64,000 nucleotides of DNA, taken from positions 12,010 through 76,009 of the forward strand of contig JAUYAB010000004.1 in assembly GCA_030693705.1 (NCBI GenBank), written 5' to 3'. Below the pieces are notes generated by a model, which was given only the letters and a program-made list of their open reading frames with translations, searched no databases and was not told the origin of the DNA. The translations under genes were made by a program, and so were the position numbers. Below, in pieces: positions 20,131 through 28,842 of the stretch; position 1 is the first letter of the stretch; the number at the start of each line of letters is the position of its first letter. The DNA is from Ignavibacteria bacterium. GTDB taxonomy: Bacteria; Bacteroidota; Ignavibacteria; Ignavibacteriales; Ignavibacteriaceae.

Positions 20131-21893
20131 AAAATGTTCCTTGTACGTTGAATAAGATTATCTTTAAAAAATTTCTCTATTGTTTTTATTATCTGTTCTT
20201 CTGTTGAAAGGCTTAAACATTCCTCGGCTAACAACTTAGCTTTCTCATAGTTTAGTGCACGAATTGTTCGTTTAACAGATGGTACAGCCGAAGGTGAAAC
20301 GCTGAGACTGTCCAAACCAAGTCCAACCAACAAAGGAACTGCAAGTGTATCAGCAGCCATCTCACCGCAAATACTAACCGTAGCATTTGATTTCTTCCCT
20401 TCCGAAACGATGTGCGCCAATGTTCTAATAACCGAAGGATGAAATTCCTGGTAAAGGTCTGAAACATAATCATTGCCTCTATCCACAGCCATTAAATATT
20501 GGATCAGATCGTTTGTGCCGATGCTGAGGAAATCAACTTCGGCTGCATAATCGCGGGACATAACTGCCGCAGAGGGAACTTCAATCATTATCCCTAATTT
20601 CATGTGATTGTCATACGGAATTTTCTCTTTATGAAGTTCCGCTTTGCACTCATCAACAAGAATTTTTGTTCGCTTTATTTCTTGCAAAGTTGAAACCATA
20701 GGAATCATAAAGTTCACATTTTTATGAACGCTCGCTCTTAACACAGCTCTAATCTGAATTTTAAAGAGATGTTCATTCTCCAGTAAAAGTCTTACACCTC
20801 TTAAACCCAAGAACGGATTAGCTTCTTGCAGATCGAATTGTCTTACTTTATCACCGCCAATATCAAACGCGCGAATCGTAATGTTTTCAGGATAAATTGT
20901 ATCAGCTAATGTGGAGTATATCTTAACTTGTTCTTCTTCATCCGGAAATTCACCGATCTCTTCAATAATTTGTTCGGTTCTAAATAATCCAATGCCCTTT
21001 GCACCTTTGGCAACTACAAGATCAACTTCACCGCTCACATCAACGTTGGCAAGAAGATTTATTTTTCTTCCATCGAATGTTTCAGCCGGTTTATCTTTTA
21101 ATCCTTGTAACTCCAGGTTTATTTCGAAAAGATGTTGAATCTTCTGTGTAAAATATTTTATCTGGTTTTCATCCGGATTTATAAAGATCATTCCGTGAAA
21201 TCCATCGATGATGAGTAAATCACCGTCATTTATTTTTTCGCTTGCGTGATGCGTACCAACGACAGCAGGAAGATTGAGCGAACGTGCAATAATAGCTGCG
21301 TGAGAAGTTAGTCCGCCATGATCTGTAACGTATCCGATAGCCGCCGACTTAGTAAAAAGAATTGTATCAGCCGGAGTTAAGTTTCCGCTAACCACGATCG
21401 CTTCAAGAGGAATCTTTGACTGCCATCTTTTCTTTTGCAGATTCCTAATAATTCTGTTTTTAATATCTTCGATATCAAGAGCTCGTTCTTTCATGTAATG
21501 TTCGGAAGCGCCAAACATCAGTTGCTGATATTTCGATATTTCATCGTCAACAATAAATTCCGGGAATCTTTTCTCTTTCTTTATACGATCGGAAATATTT
21601 CCAATAAGCACCGGATCATCCAGGATCATTAAGTGGGCTTCGAATATTGCCGCGCGGACTTCTCCCATTTTTTCTTTAGCAAAGCTGAATATTTTTCTCA
21701 ATTCTTTTTGAGATTTTTCAAGCGCTTCATTAAAAAGAACGATTGCTTCATCAACGTCGGTAATTTCGTTATGATTGATCTCCAAAACTTCTTTTGTAAA
21801 CACATACGCCTTGCCGATGGTTAATCCCGGGGCGGCGGCAATTCCTGTAAGATAATTACTGGAATGTTTTAATATTTCTTTTAATCCTTTCAT
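20127..21893 (-). CDS. ptsI: Phosphoenolpyruvate-protein phosphotransferase (PTS enzyme I)
   Basis: Phosphohistidine region GGLTSHAAIIARSL and the PEP-utilising C-terminal domain (FLSIGTNDLIQY, ICGEMA). Confidence 0.95.
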   Translation of the reverse strand: MKGLKEILKHSSNYLTGIAAAPGLTIGKAYVFTKEVLEINHNEITDVDEAIVLFNEALEKSQKELRKIFSFAKEKMGEVRAAIFEAHLMILDDPVLIGNISDRIKKEKRFPEFIVDDEISKYQQLMFGASEHYMKERALDIEDIKNRIIRNLQKKRWQSKIPLEAIVVSGNLTPADTILFTKSAAIGYVTDHGGLTSHAAIIARSLNLPAVVGTHHASEKINDGDLLIIDGFHGMIFINPDENQIKYFTQKIQHLFEINLELQGLKDKPAETFDGRKINLLANVDVSGEVDLVVAKGAKGIGLFRTEQIIEEIGEFPDEEEQVKIYSTLADTIYPENITIRAFDIGGDKVRQFDLQEANPFLGLRGVRLLLENEHLFKIQIRAVLRASVHKNVNFMIPMVSTLQEIKRTKILVDECKAELHKEKIPYDNHMKLGIMIEVPSAAVMSRDYAAEVDFLSIGTNDLIQYLMAVDRGNDYVSDLYQEFHPSVIRTLAHIVSEGKKSNATVSICGEMAADTLAVPLLVGLGLDSLSVSPSAVPSVKRTIRALNYEKAKLLAEECLSLSTEEQIIKTIEKFFKDNLIQRTRNIL

Positions 21894-22156
21894 AGCTCGT
21901 CAAAACCTCCTCTTATGTAACCTGATATTTCGTCATTCATTTGCTGCTCATCTATCCCTTCAAAAGTTAGCAGAAGTTCGCTTCCCATTTCGGCAGCCAG
22001 CGTCATTACGCCGATAATACTTTTGCCGTTAATATGGAGCCCATCCTTTGAGATAAAAAATTCCGATTTATACTTCGATGCAAGTTTAACAATTGTAGCT
22101 GCGGGACGAGTATGCAGCCCGGCTTTATTAACTATTTTAACTCTAGACTCGATCAT
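21890..22156 (-). CDS. ptsH: Phosphocarrier protein HPr
   Basis: 88 aa with the active-site GLHTRPA and the regulatory-Ser region (INGKSIIGVMTL). It overlaps ptsI by 4 nt. Confidence 0.9.
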   Translation of the reverse strand: MIESRVKIVNKAGLHTRPAATIVKLASKYKSEFFISKDGLHINGKSIIGVMTLAAEMGSELLLTFEGIDEQQMNDEISGYIRGGFDEL

Positions 22157-23145
22157 TAATATGTTCTCTTGATAAGTGAATGGGCAATAAAAGTGAAAAG
22201 CTCGTTCTCTTGTATATTTTTAATATAAATTAATTGACGAAGCGCTCTTTTTGTGTAAGATGCAATTTCTTTTTGAGCATCAGATAAAACTCCAAGTTTC
22301 TTATAGAGCATTTTATAATTTTCAACTTCGGTGGATTTAATTCCTTTGTTGATAATTACTTTTTGAAGAGCGGTTCTCTCCTTTCCTTTCGCTTTAGTAA
22401 GCGCTTTAAGAAAAAGAAACGTTTTCTTCCCTTCGATCAAATCTCCACCGATCTTTTTGCCAAACTCTTTTTCATCGCCGATTATGTCAAGCAGATCATC
22501 TTGAATTTGAAATGCAATTCCAAGATATTTTCCATAACACGCAAGTGCGTTAACTTCATCTGAAGAACCACCGCCGATCTTCGCTCCGATCGCACAACAC
22601 ATTTCAACCATCGCAGCAGTTTTCTTTGTAATCATCGTTAAATAATCGGCAATGGTAACTGAACTTTCCAACTCGAACTCTTTATCTAAACTTTGCCCTT
22701 CACAAACTTCAACCAATCCCTTAGTAAAATATTGAGCGACTTCGTTTCCCGGTACGATCAAATCTTTTAAAAGATATTCATATGCAACTGCAAGCAATCC
22801 GTCGCCGGCAAGTATTGCGGTGTTCACATCATATTTTACATGAACGGTTAATTTGTTGCGTCGTTTGTCGGCATTGTCCATAATGTCGTCATGCACGAGA
22901 GTAAAATTATGGAGCATCTCAACCGCTAAAGCCGCGTTGTAAGCTTGTTTATAATTTCCTCCAACAGCTTTAGCGGCAAAAAGAACCAAGAGCGGACGTA
23001 ATCTCTTCCCTTGATCAGCTAAAATATAATCTGAAGGTTCGTACAAAGAACGAGGTTTTCTTTTCGCTAAAACTTTTTTCAGCTTAGCGTTGATTATTTT
23101 TCTTTCTTTTTCGATTAAGGAATTAAAGTCTTTTTCGGCGATCAA
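22156..23145 (-). CDS. Polyprenyl diphosphate synthase (FPP/GGPP synthase type)
   Basis: First and second Asp-rich motifs, LVHDDIMDN and FQIQDDLLD. The stop shares 1 nt with the ptsH start. Confidence 0.9.
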   Translation of the reverse strand: MIAEKDFNSLIEKERKIINAKLKKVLAKRKPRSLYEPSDYILADQGKRLRPLLVLFAAKAVGGNYKQAYNAALAVEMLHNFTLVHDDIMDNADKRRNKLTVHVKYDVNTAILAGDGLLAVAYEYLLKDLIVPGNEVAQYFTKGLVEVCEGQSLDKEFELESSVTIADYLTMITKKTAAMVEMCCAIGAKIGGGSSDEVNALACYGKYLGIAFQIQDDLLDIIGDEKEFGKKIGGDLIEGKKTFLFLKALTKAKGKERTALQKVIINKGIKSTEVENYKMLYKKLGVLSDAQKEIASYTKRALRQLIYIKNIQENELFTFIAHSLIKRTY

Positions 23146-24188
23146 AAGCAGTCCTTTTTTTCAATTAATTTTTGCTTCCCAAAACTACGCAAATTTTGTG
23201 AATCGGTTAAAAACATTATCCTCTTTACATCTTCAAACCAGTCGTTTATTAGGCTTACAACTCCGTTTTGTCCTTCTTTTACCAACGATTGAAGAATTAT
23301 TCTGGCTGAGGCAGTAAAATCAGCTCCAAGCGCTAAAGATTTAGCAACATCAAATGAAGTATCCACTCCACCGGAACCGATGAGCATAAATTTATTTTTC
23401 TTCTTTAGTTCGGCAACAGTTTTAATACAATAACTTGTCGGTAATCCCCAATCCCAAAATTGATTTTCATCTTTTTGTTTATTTCTCAGAAGTTCAACGC
23501 CAGCCCAGCTTGTACCGCCGGCGCCTGCAACGTCAATTCCGGCTACGCCTAAATCCAGCAGTGTTTGTGCGGTTTTCTTAGAAATACCTGAACCAACTTC
23601 TTTGACAAGAATGGGGAACGAAGATTGTTTAATTAACTTTTCTAAAGATTTCTTAATTCCTTTGAAGTTTGCTTCTCCGTTTTTCTGTAATAATTCCTGT
23701 AACGGATTGAAATGAACAACTAATACATCGGATTCAACCTTATCCAACAAGTGAAACAATTCTTTGAATGATTTCATTTTAACAATCTGCGCTCCGCCAA
23801 TATTACCGAGCAAAGGAACGGTTTTCGCAGCGCTGCGAATTTGTTTGAAATGTTCATCATGTTCATTTGTACCCAAAGCAAAACGAAGACTGCCCAATCC
23901 GAGAGGAATATTTAATTCCGCAGCAACTTCTGCAAGTTGAAGATTAATATTTTCGCCCTCGGAAGTTCCGCCGGTCATGCATGAAATTAAAAACGGAAAG
24001 GAAACTTTTTTGCCGAAAAATTTTTTCGAAAGATCAATTTGTTCAATTTGAACTTCCGTACTCGCGGAATGGACAAAATCATAATGTTCAAACCCGGAGG
24101 TTTTATCCTTGAAGAGAACCTCGTCTGTCTTGCACAACTCAAGGTGCTCTTTTTTTCGGGATAGTATCTGTGCTGTATTGTCTGTCAT
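23142..24188 (-). CDS. fni: Type 2 (FMN-dependent) isopentenyl-diphosphate delta-isomerase
   Basis: TIM-barrel IDI-2 pattern (RKKEHLELC..., VKEVGSGIS, GAGGTSWAGVE). It overlaps the prenyl synthase by 4 nt. Confidence 0.9.
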   Translation of the reverse strand: MTDNTAQILSRKKEHLELCKTDEVLFKDKTSGFEHYDFVHSASTEVQIEQIDLSKKFFGKKVSFPFLISCMTGGTSEGENINLQLAEVAAELNIPLGLGSLRFALGTNEHDEHFKQIRSAAKTVPLLGNIGGAQIVKMKSFKELFHLLDKVESDVLVVHFNPLQELLQKNGEANFKGIKKSLEKLIKQSSFPILVKEVGSGISKKTAQTLLDLGVAGIDVAGAGGTSWAGVELLRNKQKDENQFWDWGLPTSYCIKTVAELKKKNKFMLIGSGGVDTSFDVAKSLALGADFTASARIILQSLVKEGQNGVVSLINDWFEDVKRIMFLTDSQNLRSFGKQKLIEKKDCF

Positions 24189-24244
24189 TAATAGTTTTCT
24201 CTTTCTTGACTTAAAGATAGAAAAAATATTCTATTTTCGGTAAT

Positions 24245-26098
24245 TCATTTCGCAGTGAATATTGTCTTCCCGTTCAAAACAATCTCTCCGATATTGATCA
24301 CTTTTCTCACAGCATTGGTCAAAATAATTTTGTCGGCTTTCTTTAGATCGCTGATCGAAAGAACATCTTCCAACACATCATGATTTTTAATAAAATAGTT
24401 TCTGTAAATACCATTTAAAATGCCGGATGAGAGAGAAGGAGTTTTCCACCTTCCATCTGCATGAATAAAAATATTTGTTATCGCTCCTTCTGCAAGTTTA
24501 TCTCGTTTATTCAAAAACAAAACTTCATCGAATCCTTCTTGCTGATATTTTAGAAGTTCTGAGTCATAAATAGCTCTATTTGTTGTTTTGAAATATTGAA
24601 ACCGATTTTTCTCGTCGATCTTTAGTGGAGAAATAACTACTCTTGCAGCATTCACGGATGAACTTGTAAGTTCAGACGCCTTTACTGTTATTTTATCAAA
24701 TTTGTTTAAGGATACTTTTATCTTGTATCTTTTTTTATCACTCAGAGCTTTGAAACATTTACTCAATTCTTTTTCAACTTTTTCTCTATCAAAGTAAAAC
24801 AAAAAATATTCGGCTGAGCATTTAAGCCGTTTAAGATGCTCTTTGAGCAGGAACGGTTTTCCATTTTCATAAAGGAGAGAAGTAAATATTTCAAATTGAT
24901 TTGGCGGTTGTGTTACAAACGCTCCTTTGATGAGAACTTCTTCATATTCTTCATCCGCCTTGCTGCCCCACGTAATACCTGCGCCCAGACCAATACTGCC
25001 GGTTTTGTTTGCTTTATCAATTTCTACCGTTCTAATCGCAATATTGAAAATACTTTTTTCGGGAAGCAATAAACCGATTGAGCCTGTATAAATTCCGCGC
25101 TGATGTTTTTCCAACCGGTGAATTATTTCCATCGTTCTAATTTTTGGCGCTCCTGTAATCGAGCCGCACGGGAAAATATTTTTTATTAAATCCGATAATT
25201 TTATATGGTCTTTTAATCTGCTTTTAATGATCGAAACCATTTGAAACAGTGATTCATATTTCTCAACCTCAAAAAGCTTTTTAACAGAAACACTATTTTG
25301 CTTGCTGATCTTTCCAAGATCGTTCCGCAAAAGATCAACGATCATCAAATTTTCTGCACGGTTTTTTTCACTTAAAAATAATTCCTCTTCATTTCGTAAA
25401 TCTTCTTGAAGATTTATACCCCGGAACGCAGTTCCCTTCATCGGTTTAGCAGTTACCGATTTCCCTTCTAACTTATAAAATAATTCCGGTGAAAATGAGA
25501 GAATGGTTTTATCCGGTAAATTGATAAATGCCGAATATTCCGCCGACTGTTTTAACAGCAAATTATAAAACAATCCTTCAACGCTTTCGTTAAAATTAAA
25601 AGTTGCCGATGAAGTTAAATTAACTTGATACGTCTCTCCTTCGGCAATTTGCATTTTAATATCTTCAATTTTATTTGAGAAAGACTTCCGGGATTCATTC
25701 AACTTGAAATTGGATACATTAAAATTTGCCTTCTCCATTCCGCTAAAATTAATATTGGATGTTTTAATTCTTTTAGCATTCTTTTTGTTGAAAGTTACAA
25801 TAATTGCATTTTCAAGAATCGTCCGCTCATCTTTTTTAGTAAGAATCTTTCTTAACTTTTTCTCAAATAACAATCCAAGTTCATAAGGTAAAAGTGTATA
25901 GGCGAATAGTTTTTTCTCGTTTATTTCATCCAACACTGAAAGGAATTCATCCACATTCTCTATGTTTTTTATAACGTGAATTCTTTCCGGTTCCAAACAC
26001 AAATAAGATTCTTCATCTCCCCTTTTTAACGGAGAATAGAAAAAAGCTGAATATGAATTTGACAATACGCGGTTTAATATATCTAAAAGTTTTATCAT
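24245..26098 (-). CDS. pabB: Aminodeoxychorismate synthase component I fused to an aminodeoxychorismate lyase-like (class IV aminotransferase) domain
   Basis: Chorismate-binding core (SPELFYKL..., PKIRTMEII, GAGITWGS) followed by about 210 aa of class IV aminotransferase fold (AEGAITNIF..., ILNGIYR). Confidence 0.8.
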   Translation of the reverse strand: MIKLLDILNRVLSNSYSAFFYSPLKRGDEESYLCLEPERIHVIKNIENVDEFLSVLDEINEKKLFAYTLLPYELGLLFEKKLRKILTKKDERTILENAIIVTFNKKNAKRIKTSNINFSGMEKANFNVSNFKLNESRKSFSNKIEDIKMQIAEGETYQVNLTSSATFNFNESVEGLFYNLLLKQSAEYSAFINLPDKTILSFSPELFYKLEGKSVTAKPMKGTAFRGINLQEDLRNEEELFLSEKNRAENLMIVDLLRNDLGKISKQNSVSVKKLFEVEKYESLFQMVSIIKSRLKDHIKLSDLIKNIFPCGSITGAPKIRTMEIIHRLEKHQRGIYTGSIGLLLPEKSIFNIAIRTVEIDKANKTGSIGLGAGITWGSKADEEYEEVLIKGAFVTQPPNQFEIFTSLLYENGKPFLLKEHLKRLKCSAEYFLFYFDREKVEKELSKCFKALSDKKRYKIKVSLNKFDKITVKASELTSSSVNAARVVISPLKIDEKNRFQYFKTTNRAIYDSELLKYQQEGFDEVLFLNKRDKLAEGAITNIFIHADGRWKTPSLSSGILNGIYRNYFIKNHDVLEDVLSISDLKKADKIILTNAVRKVINIGEIVLNGKTIFTAK

Positions 26099-26130
26099 AA
26101 GGTTTTATGTGACTCAATCGAAGTTTGTAT

Positions 26131-26232
26131 GGTTGCATGATTGCATGGATGAATGAAAGTAAAAATGAAAATCATAAAACCTAAAATCCATCATAATTAA
26201 AACCATTCAATCATGCAGTCATTCATCCATGC
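26131..26232. repeat. Inverted-repeat structure built from 8-nt words in the pabB/MFS divergent intergenic region
   Basis: Left arm GGTTGCATGATTGCATGGATGAATGAA (26131-26157) and right arm TTCAATCATGCAGTCATTCATCCATGC (26206-26232). GCATGGATGAATGA has an exact reverse complement in the right arm. Confidence 0.7.
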
Positions 26233-26385
26233 TTTGTCCGTTTAATTTCATTTTAGGTCCAACACCATATCTGGTGTTTTAAGTAATTCACTATTTAAAA
26301 ATTGCACGGTACGGAAAAATCAACTAATTTTTGTCTCAAATTACAAAAGAAACTTTCTCTTTATCAAACGGCAAAGGAATCTGAT

Positions 26386-27885
26386 ATGAAAAAACCGGCT
26401 CTCTCTTTTTGGCAAATATGGAACATGAGTTTTGGGTTTCTAGGTATTCAATTCGGCTTCGCGCTTCAAAACGCAAATGTTAGCAGAATATTTGAAACAT
26501 TAGGCGCAAGCATTGATGAAATACCGATTCTTTGGATCGCTGCGCCGGTAACAGGTTTGATCATCCAACCGATCATCGGACACATGAGTGATAAAACATG
26601 GAATCGATTTGGCAGAAGAAGACCATTTTTTCTAATCGGAGCTATCCTCGCTTCATTAGCATTACTCATTATGCCTAATTCTCCAGCGCTTTGGGTAGCT
26701 GCCGGAATGTTGTGGATAATGGATGCCTCTATAAATGTTTCAATGGAACCGTTCCGCGCTTTCGTCGGTGATATGCTTCCGCCAAATCAAAGAACCATCG
26801 GTTTTTCGATGCAAAGTTTTTTCATCGGGACAGGTGCAATCGTTGCATCCGCTCTTCCTTACGTTATGACAAACTGGTTCGGAATAAGTAACACTGCGGC
26901 TCACGGTGAAATTCCTCCTTCGGTTAGATTTTCATTTTATATCGGCGGCGCTGTTTTTCTCCTTGCGGTTATTTGGACTGTCATGAAATCAAAAGAATAT
27001 TCACCGGAGGAAATGGAACAGTTTAATAAAGAAGAGAGTGAGACTAATCCCCAAGCACAGAGAAATGAAGAACTACTTCCCCATTCACAATTTTATAAAA
27101 ACGGATTTATCTGGCTTACAACCGGTGTCGTCTTATTCCTTGCTTTTTACTTTTTCATTTATATGGATTACGGTTTAGGTGTTTTCTTTGGCGGAGTTGC
27201 GGTTTTTGGGATCATTCAACTTCTCGTCGGATATTTAACCCAATCTTCTAAAAAAGAAAGCGGGCTTGTTGTTGTTATCAACGATCTTTACAAAATGCCA
27301 AAGACGATGATACAACTTGCTTATGTTCAATTCTTTTCATGGTTCGCACTCTTTGCAATGTGGATTTACACTACTCCCGCAGTAACCCGCCACATTTACG
27401 GCGCAACGGATACTTCATCAGCCTTGTATAATCAAGGCGCAGATTGGGTTGGTGTTTTGATGGCTGTTTATAATGGTTTTGCTGCGGTAATGGCTTTCTT
27501 ATTGATATGGCTTGCAAATAGAACGAGCAGAAAAACTGTTCATATGATAAGTTTAGTTTGCGGCGGAATTGGATTGGCTTCTTTTTACTTTATTAAAGAT
27601 CCAAAACTTTTATTGATCTCCGAACTTGGTATCGGATTAGCGTGGGCATCAATTCTTGCAATGCCATATGCAATTCTTACCGGATCGTTACCGAAGAATA
27701 AACTTGGCGTTTATATGGGAATATTTAATTTCTTTATCGTTATCCCGCAGATAACAGCTGCGGCTATTCTCGGATTTTTCGTTAAAAATCTTTTTGCAAA
27801 CCATGCAATTTATGCCCTTATCCTTGGCGGTGTTTCTATGTTCGTAGCAGCAATTATGGTAAAATTTGTGGATGATGATAATTAG
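26386..27885 (+). CDS. MFS-type sugar:cation symporter (GPH/SLC45-like)
   Basis: About 12 TM segments with a conserved loop (DKTWNRFGRRRPF). ATG 26386 (MKKPALSFW) is preferred over the TTG at 26302, but the start is uncertain. Confidence 0.8.
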   Translation: MKKPALSFWQIWNMSFGFLGIQFGFALQNANVSRIFETLGASIDEIPILWIAAPVTGLIIQPIIGHMSDKTWNRFGRRRPFFLIGAILASLALLIMPNSPALWVAAGMLWIMDASINVSMEPFRAFVGDMLPPNQRTIGFSMQSFFIGTGAIVASALPYVMTNWFGISNTAAHGEIPPSVRFSFYIGGAVFLLAVIWTVMKSKEYSPEEMEQFNKEESETNPQAQRNEELLPHSQFYKNGFIWLTTGVVLFLAFYFFIYMDYGLGVFFGGVAVFGIIQLLVGYLTQSSKKESGLVVVINDLYKMPKTMIQLAYVQFFSWFALFAMWIYTTPAVTRHIYGATDTSSALYNQGADWVGVLMAVYNGFAAVMAFLLIWLANRTSRKTVHMISLVCGGIGLASFYFIKDPKLLLISELGIGLAWASILAMPYAILTGSLPKNKLGVYMGIFNFFIVIPQITAAAILGFFVKNLFANHAIYALILGGVSMFVAAIMVKFVDDDN

Positions 27886-28410
27886 TACTTTAACACTAAA
27901 GTTTTTGTAATTCGCCACAGTGGATTGTAAAATCTTAGTGAGACAAATAAAACGATTGCATGACTGAATGAAGATGAATCGTATCCTCGATTAAATTCTT
28001 GTTTTTTTAAGATACGATTTACGAACAAGCCTGCCCGGCTCAGACGGGGATTAACGATATTTGATCCCGCAAAATAGAAAAGCAGATTTCACGGGACAGG
28101 TTTTAGAAGTTCATTATCAGAAGGGGAATAAATTTGTAGCGACCGTTGCGGTTCGTGGCGAGCTTTGCGAGAAAAAATAGAATTAGTTTCTCGCCACGTT
28201 CGCAAAGAAGGCGCAACGAACACAGAGGTAAAAATTGTAGTAATCTATGCAAGTACAAGAGATTGATAATCGAAAAGTTTTGGTTGTCGGCTTCGCCGCG
28301 CTAAGATTTAATGGATGAATGTTCTTCATTCATTCATGCAGCCTTAGCGCGGCAAAGCCACCAACCAAAGTTTATTGGCTCCAAAAGGGATTCTTTGGAG
28401 ATAAGAAACA

Positions 28411-28586
28411 TTCATTCCCGACCTGTCTAACGCCAGGTAGATGGGAATGTTAGCTGTTGGTGGATTTATTTGTTACAAAGATTCAACCCGCCAGAGGCGG
28501 GTTGCAGAAATCCCTTAGGGATTTAATATTTGTAGCAAAAGAATAAAACTCAAAAAAGAATCCCATCGGGATTCAATGTTTTTTAA
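28411..28586 (+). repeat. Four-hairpin module, copy A (candidate structured RNA or MITE-like element)
   Basis: H1 CATTCCC...GGGAATG, H2 CAACCCGCC-AGA-GGCGGGTTG, H3 AAATCCC-TTA-GGGATTT followed by AATATTTGTAGC, then H4 GAATCCC-ATC-GGGATTC followed by AATGTTTTTT. It is colinear with 34237-34430. Confidence 0.65.
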
Positions 28587-28783
28587 TTTTGTGATAGAGA
28601 TAAAAATGGAAAATGAGTCAGAAATATCTTGACAAAAAAAACAAGGATTTAACTTAGGATACCATTCAATCATTCCAAATTATTTGGTTCCGGTTTACTC
28701 GATAGCTTATTGGCGGGCTTGTCCAGGTTAGGGTTGAAATTACCGAAGTTGTTTACAATCCGGTTTGTGGAGAAATGATATTT

Positions 28784-28816
28784 AAAAGTGCTGCCCGAAA
28801 GAGCAGCACTTTTTTA
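28784..28816. terminator. Bidirectional rho-independent terminator downstream of ppk2
   Basis: AGTGCTGC (28787-28794) pairs with GCAGCACT (28803-28810). The stem is flanked by an A run on one side and a T run on the other. Confidence 0.75.
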
Positions 28817-28842
28817 ATATGTAAGTTCAGTAATGAGAAACC

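Larger units (their letters stand above)
27886..28842. repeat. 957-bp ORF-free intergenic region packed with at least 8 distinct hairpin modules
   Basis: No ORF of 60 aa or more on either strand. The hairpins seen include 27977-28019 (9-bp stem), 28144-28218 (word-built stem), 28282-28366 (85-nt extended hairpin), 28413-28449, 28484-28504, 28508-28524 and 28558-28574. Confidence 0.8.

Noticed and set aside
20127-22156. A complete sugar phosphotransferase uptake system
   Set aside because: Only EI and HPr are present. No EIIA, EIIB or EIIC is in the window, so no transport function can be claimed from this sequence.
28629-28660. Sigma-70-type promoter from the TTGACA hexamer
   Set aside because: No acceptable -10 lies at a 16-18-nt spacing (AACTTA at 17 nt, TAGGAT only at 21 nt), and there is no TAnnTTTG element nearby. 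It is kept only as a weak note under the sRNA hypothesis.
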